From Phaeosaccion multiseriatum (taxonomy: Eukaryota; Protista; Ochrophyta, other classes), in NCBI GenBank assembly GCA_965112735.1, contig OZ218965.1:1426001-1490000 (forward strand): a DNA stretch of 64,000 nucleotides, given 5' to 3'. Positions 46,092 through 59,026 of this stretch are shown here, one piece after another. Below the pieces are notes generated by a model. The model was not told the DNA's origin. It saw only the letters and a program-made list of their open reading frames with translations, and ran no database searches. The translations under genes and the position numbers were made by a program. How positions within the stretch are numbered: position 1 is the stretch's first letter; every line of letters starts with the position of its first letter.

Positions 46092-46818
46092 TCATCGCTT
46101 CATCATCCCTGCCCCTCCTTTTCCTCCCCTCTCCAGCTCTCGTATGACTCTGTCCACATGACCACGCTGACGCATGAGGGCATGGCCTGCGTTTCTGTTG
46201 AAGGCCTCTTGCTGTATCACCAACTGCTCCGCATCCCTCGCCTCCTCAACAACAGCAGGAGCAGCAGTTGGTGATACAACAGCAGGTGGCGGGACGGACG
46301 GAGGCACAGCAGCACCACAAGGAAGGGGCCCACTCGCTGCTCGACGATGCGACGACCCCGAGGGAAACGGCGACAGCCCTGGGGCAGAGACACGAGAAGC
46401 CGTAGCAGTTGGTGATACAGGCGTCCGGGCCTGCCGCGGACCAGCGAGGGTACACAAGAAGTTCTTCTGCGCCACAGTGAGATTCTTATTCTTGCGAGTC
46501 GAGGAATGCCTTCCTTGTACGTCTGCCGCGGAAGCCCTCTTTCTGTGGCTCCTGCTGCTGGGCTCCACCTCATCGCCCGCTGAAACTACCGCTACTTCTC
46601 CTCCTCCTCCTCCTCCTCCTCCTCTTCCTCTTCCTCCTGCTGCAGCAGCAGCAGCTCCGGTGGACTCCTCCTGTTTGTGGGCGCGGCTTGATCGTCCAGC
46701 CCCTCCTGGAGTGGTGGCCTTCCTTGCCTCATCATCCTCTCTGTCCCTGTCTCTGCTCCGCGTCTCCCTTGCCTCCTGCTCTTGCCGCTGCTGCCGCCGC
46801 CGGAGAGAAGGGTCGAGC

Positions 46819-46850
<32 letters not shown>

Positions 46851-46942
46851 ACTACCAGCGATCGGACCATCACCCAGACCACCACCTCCCCTCTCTCCAG
46901 GCCCTCCAGCTCCGTCCCCCCGTCCTTTCCCTGCAGCGGCAG

Positions 46943-46977
<35 letters not shown>

Positions 46978-49049
46978 GTGGTGGTGGTGGTGGAAGTGGT
47001 GCTGCTCCTCCTTCCCCCTTCATGTGGCACCGTCTGGGCGTGCTGCTGCTTCAGCGACTGGTGGGAAGGCGGGAAAGGCTCGGACGGCGGCGTGGGCTGA
47101 GCGCGGCTGCTCCATCTCCCGCCACTACCGTCTGCCGCTGCCCCTCGGCGTTTGGCCCTTGTGGCTACTACGGATGATGATACAGAGGCTGACAGAGGCG
47201 AGCCTGTATCACACACGAAGGGGTGTTGGAGAAGCTCCTTCGTCCCTCGCCCGCCCTGAGGAGGTGGAATTTTCAAGTTCATTTGTATAGCACAAGTTCA
47301 AGTTCGGAGTGGTCACGGGGAGTTGGTTCCCAGAGAGAACAAGGCCATGAATACCGCAGGGAAACAAGCACACGTCAAAGGAAAGACCAGCAGAAGCAGC
47401 AGAGAAGTAGTGGAGTAGTTGGTGATACAGCAGTAATCCTGTGAGGCAAGGCTGTACCACAGAGGGTTGGGGTCTGATTCCTCACCGTGAGACACGCTGA
47501 GACGAACTGCGCGGCGGAGGGCGGCAGGTCACGGGTGGAGAGGCTCTCCGCCAAGGCCGCCATTGCCTGTGGTGTGGGTACCCACTGACCACTGTCATTG
47601 TCGGGCGGCTCAGCACCTCCTCCTCCTCCTCCTCCTCCTCCTCCTCCTCCTCCTCCTCCTCCTCCTCCTCCTCCTCCTCTTGCACCTCCTCCTCCTCCTC
47701 CTCCTCTTGCACCTCCTCCTCCTCCTCCTCCTCCTCCTCCTCCTCCTCCTCCTCTTGCACCTCCTCCTCCTCCTCCTCCTCCTCCTCCTCCTCCTCGTCC
47801 TGCTCCTCCTATTACTGCTGCTGCTGCTGCTGCTGCTAGTCCTGGTGGCGAGGAGCTAGTCTCCTTCGGCGCCATCATGTACGCAGCAAGGTGCCCCAAA
47901 CAGCGCACATCCCATTGCTGAGCCTTGGCAAGGTCCACGGAGGATGGCCTGTGTGGCCCGCCCTTCCACCCCTGGAGCACGCCATCTGCGCCCCTGTGGA
48001 CCACCAACCCCTCCACCGAGGCCCAGTAGTTGGTGAGCTTCAGCACCCCCCTCCGCTTCACGTAAATCTAAGGCGCGAAAGCAGTGCGTGGAGCTTTCAT
48101 AAGTTTGTTTGATAGTTGCAAGCGAATTTCGGCACGATCGAAGGGAGGGGTCGGTGGGCGAGGTGGTGTGCGGTCTACTCCACAAGTGTCTGGCTGGGGC
48201 GGAGGTAGAGCAACATCATGAGTGGTGGATCTGGCTTGCAGACACCGCGCAAGTACTCACTCACGCACTCACTCACTGACGCTCTCACTTGCCCACTCAC
48301 TCACTCAACACACTCACATTGGCCGCTGAAACGGATCCGTGTGCGACGCCCCTGTTGTGTAAGTAGTGCAGACCTTCCAGCAGCTGCGGGTAAAGCAGGT
48401 GACAGGCCAGAGAGGGTCGTCAAGTGGAGTGAGCCAGACTAGAGGCAGCCCACAGCAGAGGAGGTAGGCAGCTTCCTTCTTCGGACAGACAGAGTGTCCT
48501 CCCCAGTTTCTCCGTACACTCCTGTTTCCACAGGAAGGAGAATGATGCTGCTCCCTGCTCCTCCTCTTGCTGCTGCCACTGCTGTTACGGACTCACCTGT
48601 CGTGTGAAGCGCTGCAAGAGGGCTTGAGGCAGCGCCCCCCCCCACTGGGCCAGCAAGTCCCTCAGCGGCTCTCCCTGCAACATCTCTCCAAAGAGGTAGC
48701 CCAACGGCTTGCCCTTGGTCTCGTCGGCGCCGGCACCATCAGCAGCAGATCCAGGCCCTAATGATCCTGTGTGTGCCCTGCTGCTCAGCTTTCCCGTGCA
48801 GTCCCGCCCGCTCCTCGCAGCAGGCTCGTAGCCAAGGTACTGATGCAAGTGCGCGTGGCTCAAACTCGAGAGCTTGCTGGCGTTGCTGTGTTCCAGGCAG
48901 TGGCTAATTCCTGGCTGGTGTACCTCATTCACCGACCACATCGCCCCCGTTACCATGTCCATCGCTCTGTAGGTGGCATCCTGTCCTTCAACGTCAAGGG
49001 GCGTCTCTCCTCTCCTCCACTGTCCAGGAATGGCCAATGTGCTCGCCAT
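46092..49049 (-). CDS. MAP3K-like pseudokinase with low-complexity C-terminus, ~4 exons
   Basis: WRRGE start, LSHAHLHQYLG, LLQRFTRQ/LLEGLHYLHNRGVAHGSVSAAN, GVLKLTNYW, DVRCLG, LLQHPFV. Catalytic motifs are degenerate. Confidence 0.7.
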
Positions 49050-49455
49050 TGGCCACTACTTACACCCCTTCTCCCTCTCTGCTCCTGCATTCTTCGATCC
49101 TCTCTTCTCGGTTGTTTGCATGTTTGTTTTGTTTTGAGTCAACCGCTCGAAAAAAAGTTTGGCCTTGCGCGGCCTAGCGAGCGCTTTTTTTTCTTTTCCG
49201 GCTGGCCTGGGGGGAACGTACACATCCAAAGGAGGGAAGGAGAGATTTTATTTAATTAATAAGGAAGGGGGGGGGGGGAGGGTTATTGTGCTCAATGTGA
49301 AGCATTTATTTGACGAAAGACAGAAAGGAAGGCTGGAAAGACAGGCAGACTTTGCTCCGTTGTGGGGACGAGAGAGGGGGTAGAACAACGCAGGAGCACG
49401 ACCTAGACGCAAGAAGCGGCAGCAGCAGCACAGCAGCAGCCGCCGCGGCAAGAAT

Positions 49456-51836
49456 ATGGCAACGGGCCACCATCGCCGAGGTAGCGCGAACTTCGAGATG
49501 GTGGTCGAGGAGGTGTGGGAGCTGCAGCAGTGGCTCCCGTTCAAAGGGTGGAGCGCTCCCCTCCAGAACCCTCGCTTTGTCGACAGCCACGAGAGGAAGC
49601 TGGAGCATCATTCGAGGTGAGAATAATTGAGTGAGTGCGGGAGCGATAATGTCGTCTTCACCGCCTCTCGGAGAGAGCTTTGACTTTAGTCCGCACGCAA
49701 GGATTTTCCACAGCACGTCCACACCACAAGGCATCCCCCCACCTTCTGGTCTCAGTAAGCCCATGTCTGCACTCTATACAACCTACAACAACCCCACCTT
49801 GTACGAAACTAATCTCTGTCGACTCTACTGCTGCGCCTTCATGCCTCATCTTCGCAGGGGGGGCTCCTCCGGTGTTGGGTTTGACGACCCTCCTCTGCCC
49901 CCAGGTTGGAAGTGGGCGCCAGAGAGCAAGTGGGCATGGGACACCAGCTGGGGCCCTGTCGACCCCGATGGTGGTTGGACGTACGGCACACACATGCAGC
50001 AGCTCAGGGACCAAGCCCTTGCCGGTGCGTATTGGGTGATGTATCTTTGCTATTGCCTCATCGGGCAGGCCCTTCCCCATACGTTTCTTTGTCTCACCAC
50101 TCTCTCTGTGTGTGTGCCTATCTGTCTCGTCCTCTCTTCTCCTCTCAGGCAATGCACAGGGCGTGAAGGCAACCACCCACTTCTTGAGGCGACGAAGATG
50201 GACGAGGTAGGTAGAGGAGCAAGAGGGGGAGGAGGGGCATTCAAGTGCCCTTCAGCAACTGGACAACACAGCGCGAACGGAGCGAAAATGTCCGATTGTG
50301 AATCACCAATCCTTTGAAGTGTTCGGGGACACAGACTCTCTTCTTATCCCTCTCTTCCCACTCTCCCTCTCTCTTCATTCCCGTCTCTTCCCTCTCTCTC
50401 TCTCTCTCTCCCCTTCTCCCGGACTCCCTCGCCCGTGTCTCCGACCCCTACCCCCCTTTCGTGCTTGTCCTCAGAGTGCGCGTGTGTGCAAGTGCTCGCA
50501 CGAGGGGCAAGGCCAAGCGGCACCTCTCTCGCATCGCCCACGTCAAGCACAGCCATGAGGAGCACATCAGGAAGAAGCAGGTGAGCACAGCAGAAGTCCC
50601 TCCCTCTGTCTCACTTCCCTCTTTCTCTATCCCTCTCCTCCCCTCTCTCTGTGTGTATGTGGAGGTGGAGGTGGGTCGCCACAGTAGCTTTCCGGGAGAG
50701 AAACAAAACATGGCAAGGGACCAACCACTGCCGATGTGTATTTTCTCTCTTCATGGCATTGCCCTTACCTCGTATCCCCCCACCCACCCACCTACCTACC
50801 CCACCCACCTACCCCACCCACCTCATTCCACACGCACCCCACCGCACTCCAGGCGTGGTATCAAGTCATGCACGCCTTTGAAGAGGAGAGGGCCATGGTC
50901 TCACGGGAGAGCAGACAAAGCATCCGCAAGGAGGTGCTTGCCACTGTCGAGGACATGGCAGTCCTGGCCGAAGACCTTCAGCACATGGGGGCCTTCTTGA
51001 GAGAGCAGGGGCAGCTGGACCTCGACTTCTCCGCCGGGATGCATCGCTTTGTAGAGCGGCAACGAGCAGCGGCCTGGGCAGCCAAGGAGAGGGCAGCGCA
51101 GGCGGAGGAACGGCGGCAGTCGGGAGAGATTTCACTTCCGGGAGTGGGAGCGGGCGGCGGTGCCTGGACTGGTGGGAGTGGTGGAGGAGGAGGAGGAGGA
51201 GGAGGAGGAGGAGGTGGTGGAGTGATGCTTTTATCTCCCAGGTCGCCTTCCACCCTGCCTCCGGCTTTGCCAGCTCCCACAGATGGAAGTACAACAGGCT
51301 TGATGAGCCCCGAGTCCATGGGAGACAGCCCACCCATGGGGTCGGGTGGGGGAGGAGTAGGAGGAAGAGGAGGAGGGGGAGGAGGAAGAGGAGGAGGAGG
51401 AGGAGGAGGAGGAGGAGGAGGAGGAGGAAGGGGATATCGAGGCAATGTGTCCGTGACGCCGATGGGGAATGGAAAGAAGGTGTGCTTTTCTCCCTCGACG
51501 ACACCGCCAGCCCAACCCCAGGACTTGAACTCCGGGATGGGTGGTGACGACGGGGCAGCAGTTGGTCATAACGTAGCAACAGGAGCAGGGGTGAGCCCTC
51601 CGGGACGGCAGAATTCGCCTCCAATTCCAACGGAGACGACACTGCAGCAACAAGAGGCAGAGTCGGACGCTAAGGGGGGGGGAGGAGAGGCAGCTGTGCA
51701 GCAGGCGGTTCGACCAGCGAGCCCCTTCTATGGGCGCTGGATTGAGACCATGCTCTCTGCGTACGATAGCGCCGCTACGGTCATGGGATCCTTCGGCAAG
51801 ATGGTACGGGTGTCCTGCACCACAGATTGCGTACTT

Positions 51837-51867
<31 letters not shown>

Positions 51868-52822
51868 AGAGTTTCACCCACTTTTTTTTTTCTTCTGTAC
51901 GAGTAGTAGTGCTTATTTGCGAAACTTCCTTCCCTCCCCGTGTGCATACGCGTGTTTTGCGTGTGCGCGTGTGTGTGCGTGCGTGTGTGTGCGTGTGTGC
52001 GTGCGTGTGTGCCTCTCAAACAGGTGGGGGTGGATATGGTACATGACGTTGCGCTGCTCCATCAGGACGCGCAGGCACTGCGGCAGGTGAGAGAAGCATC
52101 AGAGCAGCCAGACAGAGAGAGAGAGAGAGGGATACGGAGACAGAGAGAGGGAGACAGAAAGAGATGTAGGTAACAGACAGGGAGACAGACGGGGAGACAG
52201 ACGGACTGACTGACTGACTGACTGACTGACTGACTGACTGACAGAGTGCACTTTCTCAGTCCGTCATTCAAGGCTCAACACGCCCTCCCCATGCCCCTGT
52301 CTCTCTCCTCCTCCTCCTCCTCCTCCTCCTCCTCCTCCTCGTCCTCCTCCTCTTCTTCTTTTTCTTCTTCTTCTTCTTCTTCTTCTTCTTCTTCTTCTTC
52401 TTCTTCTTCTTCTTCTTCTTCTTCTTCTTCTTCTTCCTCTTCCTCTTCCTCTTCCTCCTCCTCCTCGTCCTCCTTCTCCTCCTCCTCCTCCCCCCTCTCT
52501 GCTCCTTCTTCCTCTTACTCCTCCTCCTCCTCCTCCTCCTCCTTTCTCCTCTTCCCACCTCGGCACCGCAGGCACTCGAGATCGAAGTTTCCGCCCTATG
52601 GAGAAAGGTTCGACAGAGCGAAGAGAGCACTCGCCTCTCCTTCGCCTCTCTGTCCACCTCTTACGAGGACTCCTGCCTGGCGGGGGCGCGGGAGATTCAG
52701 CATCTGACGAATCAGCTCGCGGATCAGGTCGAGTTCGGAGTCGTGGACAAGGCCTCCTCCAGCGGGTGAGAGATCGCAGAGACAAGAACGGGAGGGAGGG
52801 AGGAGTCAAAGTAGTAGTAGTG

Positions 52823-52856
<34 letters not shown>

Positions 52857-54596
52857 CAGCAGCAGCAGTAGGTGTTTGCAAGTTTGCACCCGCGTTGGCG
52901 ACTCCTGAACACCACCTCTCCTCCTACCTTGCTCCCTCTCTCTCTCTCGCCTTCCTCTCTCCCTCTCCCTCTGCCTCTCCCTCCCCCCCCCCCCCCCCAC
53001 ACACACACACGCGCGCGCGCGCAACGCAGTGGGGCGAAGTTTCACTCCGATGTGTGGGTCGAGGAGCAGCGGTATCGCTCTCTGGTGGGCTCGACATACA
53101 AGCACACCAATCGATTGGCGTGGAAAGTGGCGGAGCTTGTGAACGGCGCCAATGAGCTGCAAGGGAGGATGGAACGCTGTAAGGATGCCATGCAGGCGAG
53201 GCTGGGACAGGACCAGACGCAGGTGTGGAGGGATCTTTTCAGCATCATGTCAAACGCTGGCGCCCACTCTCCCATCCGGGCTACTTCTGACAGCGTTGGA
53301 GAAGGAGAAGGAGGGGGAGGAGGTGTGGCTGGTGGAGGGGGAGGTGCCGAGGAGAGGGCGAGCCAGCAAGCGCAAATTGCCGCAGCCTTTGCAGCGCGCT
53401 TGGCCCCGCCTGTGCTGCCCCCCCCCCCATCGGCGTTGGAGGTGATGGAAGGGGAGCTTCTGAAACTGTCAAGCAAGACGCAGGTCAGAGAGGGGCGAGG
53501 GAGGAGGGGAGGAAGGAAGGGAGGGAGAGAGGGAGGGAGGGAGGGAGGGAGGGACGGAGAGAGACGGAGGGAGGGTGGAGGGAGGGAGAGGTAAGGAGAG
53601 AGAGGGGGGTGGGGGAAAGGGAAAGAGAGAGAGAAAGAGAGAGGAGAGAGGGCCGACAGCGACAAACCGACACGGTATCGCATTTCCTTTCCTACACAGT
53701 CACGAGCGACGATCTCTCACCCCCGCTCTACCCCCCCCCCCCCCGTCCCTCTTTCTTGTCTTTGCCCCCTTCCTCTCTCCCTCTTTTCTCCCTTCGTGTT
53801 GCATTCGTGCGTGCGTGCGCAGGAGTGGGAGAAAGTGTTCGCCTTGGTGACGAGAGATCGCTTCCTGCACATTCTGGGAGAGAACAAGCGACGGTCACCG
53901 ACTCTTTCCTTGGACATTTCACGGACGGAAATTTCCGTAGATCGCGATGCCGGTGTGTTTGAGCTCACGGCAACCGCGTGGAAGCAACTAGCAGGGTCGG
54001 GGGGGGGTGCAGCAGGAGGGGCGGCAGCGACGTTGTTCGGGATACGACCTGTGCTTTCGAGTCGGACTGTGAGGGTTCGCTTGAAGGTGCCTTTGAACGA
54101 GGAGGAGGGGGTGGGGGGGGAGGAGGCGAAGGCGCTGATGGAGAAGTGGATGGCCTGTTTGCAGTACCCTGTCACGGCTGGCGACGATGGCCGGATGGCG
54201 GGGGAGGAGGAGGAGGAGGAGGAGGAGGAGGAGGAGGAGGAGGAGGTGGAGGAGGAGGGGTGGGTGAGGTCGGGAGTTGTGGAGGAGAAGGGGAGGGGAG
54301 GGGAGGGAAAGAAGGTATGGGGGGCAGAGGAGGAGGAGGAGGAGGAGGAGGAGGATGTAGACTTAGACTTTCAGGGAAGGGCAGTCGAGAGGATGTCCAT
54401 CATCACGGAAGCGAGCGTAGAGAGCGTAGAGGAAACCTCGGTGGAACCGATTTTAGAGGAAAAGGAGGGTAAAACTTCCGCTGACAAGGAGGAGGGAGGG
54501 GGGGGGGATACACCTTCCGGTGAGGACAAGGACAAGGAAGGGGGAGAAGCAGACGAGGAGGAAGATGAGGAGCAGGAGATCTCCTTCTCCCTGTAG
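49456..54596 (+). CDS. DysF (dysferlin/Pex24-type) domain + coiled-coil (F-BAR-like) + PH domain protein, multi-exon
   Basis: EEVWELQQWLPFKGW, LPPGWKW..W.WD, DPDGGWTYG and FLRRRRWTR (DysF); helical middle region; MEGELLK..EWEKVFALVTRDRFLH...MEKWMACL (PH). Confidence 0.7.
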
Positions 54597-55014
54597 GTAC
54601 GAAGTATCATTTAATTTATCACTTGTCGTTTTCGTGCGGTCTTGGCATAAGGATTCCAGGAGCGCCGTACTCGCCTCTCTTCCCGGGGGAGTCACACACG
54701 CACACACACGCACGCACGCACACACACACACACACATAGCCAGGCCGCTTTGTAAGTCAATAAGTAATTCCCCCGGGGAGTCTGCCCATATGCCTGGAAA
54801 TTACCCCCTCCTCCCTGCGCTGCTTTACAACGCAACGCACCACGAGGCGGCGGCGGCGGCGGCGGCTCTTCTGTCCAACTCTCTCCCATCTCATCTCCTC
54901 ATCCTCCTGCTCCTACTTTTCCTACCACTGGTGGTGGTGTGGCGGTATTGGTGGTGGAGGCGGCAGCGGGCCCAACGGGAAAGAGCCCCCCCCCCGTTTT
55001 TACCTCAGAGGAAC

Positions 55015-55274
55015 ATGCCCCCTGCAGTCGCCGCACAGGCTGCAACCCCCTTGATCGTGTCTCTGCCCGCTGAGCTTCTCACCAACATCGCGGCGAGGAA
55101 CGAGCATAGGAAAGGAGGAGGAGGGCCAGGCGGAGGAACGAGGAAGAGAGGGCGGAGAAGGGCGAGGCAGCAGGAGCAGCACCAACAGAGCGGGAATCGG
55201 CAACGCTCGCCACTTGGGGCATTATCGACCCCTCCTCCTGTGATAGACTTGACTGGAGGTGGAGAGCAGCAAGA

Positions 55275-55317
<43 letters not shown>

Positions 55318-55859
55318 CAACAACAGCAACAGGGAGAGGAGGCACGAGCAGCAGGCAAAGAGAGCAAGGGCAAGACCAAGGGAATGTACAGCCACATTAC
55401 GCCTCACGCCAAGAAGAAGCGGAAAGCTCAGCGGAGGACAGCACCGGATCAGCAGCAGCAGCAGCAGCGGGAACAGCCCCACAGTCTCAGCCAGGAAGGG
55501 TCGGCCCGGCAACAACACGCCCCGCAAGAGGCCATGCTAGGGCATCAGCTGCATGCTAATCAGCAGCGAGATCAGATTCATAGGCAGCAGCAGCAGCATC
55601 AGCGGCAGGCCCTCTACACACCACCACCACCTCCACTAGTACACCAGCAGCCGCCACAGCAAATACAGCAGTGGCAGCAACAGCCGCAGCAGTACCAGCA
55701 ACAGCCATGGCCGCTGCAGCAGCACGGGCAGCCGCAATACCAGCAAGGGCAGCATGCAGCCCCACAACCTCAACAGCAACAGCAGCAGCAACCGCAGCAG
55801 CAACAGCAACAGCAGCCGCAACAGTATGATCATCACCCACCACTAGCGCCATCACAACT

Positions 55860-55901
<42 letters not shown>

Positions 55902-56186
55902 TTCGTCGTCGTCTCCTCCTGTCTCACCACCACACTCAGCCTTGATGACGCCCGAGCAGCGCACGCACCCACACCCATCAGTTGCGAGAGCAGCAGCAGC
56001 ACTGAACCCTCCAGCTTGCTTCAGCCCGATTGAAGACGAAGACTCAGAGGCCCAGGTCAGCGCCGGGCAGTGGGGCGTGGCTGGGGCTGATGGTGATAAG
56101 GTAGCGGTAGTAGACCCCAGAGCAGAGAGGATACGACTGAAAGGCGAGGGCAAGACACTGAGAGTGGCCTTCGCCGCCTCGGATGT

Positions 56187-56224
<38 letters not shown>

Positions 56225-56982
56225 GCGGCGCTAGCGGTAGTATGGGGGGGGGGCAGGGGGGGGCGCCATCCAGAAAGAGGGCGCTGGGGGGTGAGTGGCC
56301 GCACTCCTTCAAGTACAAAGACGACCTTACCGTGCCATGTCAGGCCTGCCAGCGCAAGTTTGTGCGAGCGTGCACCACGTGCAAAAAGTGCAAGGAATGT
56401 GCGGATGAGAAGGAGTGTGTGGAGGTGACGGAGTCATCTCAGCAGCGAAAGTCTACTCCCGTGGGTCAGGTGTTGGGGGCGAGGATGGACCGGGCCATCT
56501 TCAATGCCTTTCAGGGGGGGGGTAAGGGTGTGGTGGTGGCCCCTCCTGTACCTCCTACTCATGTTGTGCCACCTCCGTCATCTTCGTCGCCAAGTGTTGG
56601 TAGTGGTAGTGGTAGCGGTGGTGGTGCGACAGTCGGTGATACAGAGGGAGGAGTGGTAGCAGGGGAAGTAGGCAGCAGCAGTCAAGACCTCGGCGTGATT
56701 ATGCGCCGCACAGACAGACCCGACGAGTTTGACCCCATCTTGGGCCTCTTGGCCCAAGGAGTGGATCCTGACTTCCGGAGAAAGGCCCTGGGGGAATCGG
56801 CCATGCATGCGGCAGCCTATACGGGGAGGGTGGATGTACTTGACGCCTTGGTAAGGGCAGGGGCAGATCCGGGCATTCGTGACAAGCAGGGTAACACCCC
56901 GTTTGCTCTGGCCAGGATGAGGAATCAGCCGAGTACCATGGCCTATCTGCAGGAGAGGGGCCACGGGACCGTCTCACTCTGA
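55015..56982 (+). CDS. Gln-rich protein with a Cys cluster (CQAC...CTTCKKCKEC) and C-terminal ankyrin repeats
   Basis: Long ORF. GESAMHAAAYTGRVDVLDALVRAGADPGIRDKQGNTPFALA is canonical ankyrin. The start is uncertain (alternative ATG at 54790). Confidence 0.7.
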
Positions 56983-59026
56983 GATTCTCTGAGTGTGTCT
57001 TGCGCTACTTGCGTACCCTCGTAGGGTCATGAGAGTGACTAGCGGTGTGTTTCCGGGTTTTGCTTGCGTCTTTATTCGGGGCTGGTGACAAGAGGTAGTT
57101 TTTGAGTGCCAGTTTGGGCAGTTTGGTAGGCATTGGGGGGCGGAAAAGGTTTGGTAGAAAAGGGTTGAGGGAGACGTTGCGCGTGCTTCTCTGCTTGCGT
57201 GCATGCGTGGTTGCGCGTGTGTACCAACCAGCCTTGGCCGTGCTCCTCCCGTTGGTTGGACAAGGATGAGGGGGTGTGGCAGGATTAGTTTCCAGTTCCA
57301 GTTTTCTCACCGGTCCAAAAGTAAATATAGAGAGATCAGAGAAAGCCACAATGCATTCGTTAGAGAGCTCCAGCAAGGGCTAGTCGCGACGCCCCCCCCT
57401 TCTGAAGGCTCCTCGCCTTGAAAGGCATACACACGGCGTCGGCTTGGCTCTTTCAAGAAATCGAGGAGAGATGCATGGAGGGAGGGGTTTGCAGCAGGAG
57501 CTAGCCAGAGGGACGAGCAAGAAGAAGAGGAAACACCACGACAGACGTGGAATGTCTCGGGATAATGAAGCCTCGGAGTAAGCGTCCTTCTGTGGTAGAC
57601 TCTTTCATGTTTTGTAAAGGGCCCTCCTTCACGGCAAGGAGGGCTGCCCCTGCTGGAATAAGGTGTGTGTATTTTAATAGTATCATGGAGCGGTGCTCGA
57701 GCAATGAACAGCATGAGCTGCATCTTCTGGGGAAGGAAAGAGAGGCATTCATGGGATGAAAGAATTTGTGGTGAGGCTGCGTTTAATCACCCCTTCCCTT
57801 TTTGCCATCCTGCACACCCTGACACGCCTTGCCCTCACCCCACGCCCCCCCTGACCGGCAAAGGTATGTATGGGTAGGGAGGATAATGACGGCAGGCACA
57901 TGGCCGGGCACAAGAGGGAGGGCGGCACGCTATCAGCGTTGACATGTGCCGAGAGCCATGGGGTCATGGGGCGTAGATTGATGTAAAATGGACAGCCCTT
58001 TGGACAGGCCGACCTCGCTCGGCGTGAGCAATTGGGCCATATTCGCCCCTTGGATGCCCCCAACAAGCAAGGTCCTCCGGCAGCAAGGTAGCTACGCAGG
58101 TCCAGCTTTCGGCCGGCGCCAGCCGGCCCAGCTTCACAGACCTACCAAAGTCGACGTCGATATGCACAAGTCTCGATGCGAGGGATATTGACCTCGACAT
58201 CAGCTTCCAGCTTCAGGAAAGCGTCAGGCGCTTGATGGGCAGAGGAGACAGAGAATTTGCCGGGAGCGGTGCCTTAGACAGCGGGCACGGCTTTCGAATA
58301 TGGCAGTAGCGCGGCTGTTGCTGTTTCACGGAAATTATTGCGACACGGAGCTTGGTTGGCGACAGAGAAGGATATTCACAAGGCTGCTTAAGGGACTGTC
58401 TGGGTGCCTTGTTGGCACACCAGTAAACACATTGACAAATGCCCACATAATATTTTTTTTTATTTTTTTTTTTAAATTAAATGAATACGAGTACTTACGC
58501 ATGTGGGGCCGCTGCCTCCCTCTGCCTGTGAGTAGGAAGGTACCCCCAAGCTGAGCGCTGCGTTCCGGTCCCAAAAGGAGAGAGTGACGAGAAGTGATGC
58601 TAAGACTGAGTGTATTCAAGACTGAGGCTACTCCACCCAGAGACCCTGGAAGCTTCCTTGTGTTGAAGGAAGCTTTCTACTTGGTCTTTATGGGTCCGGA
58701 GATGAGGCAGGGGCCAGCCAGCCCCAGCCAGGCTCCGTCACGCCTTTTTGACACGTACATTCTACCTATATAGTACCAAGTACAAATCTCGGCTCCACCA
58801 CACGCAATTGAGCCCATCCCACCCTTCACCAAACTACTGTACATGATACCCCCTCCCCTTCCACCACCTGCCAACTCATACGCGTAACCAACTCGTCAAT
58901 GCCCTGTCTCCCTTACAGGCCTATACCGCCCCGGCGGTGTCGGGCTCACTTAACCATTTGCCAAATCATACGCAAACATGTAGTATGTCAATGCCCCCCC
59001 CAATCTACGCTTCTTGGGCTTGGGCT

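Noticed and set aside
57749-58066. CPKGCPFYINL resembling a FAR1/MULE zinc-finger fragment
   Set aside because: Too short, no downstream His pair or transposase core, and no element ends found.
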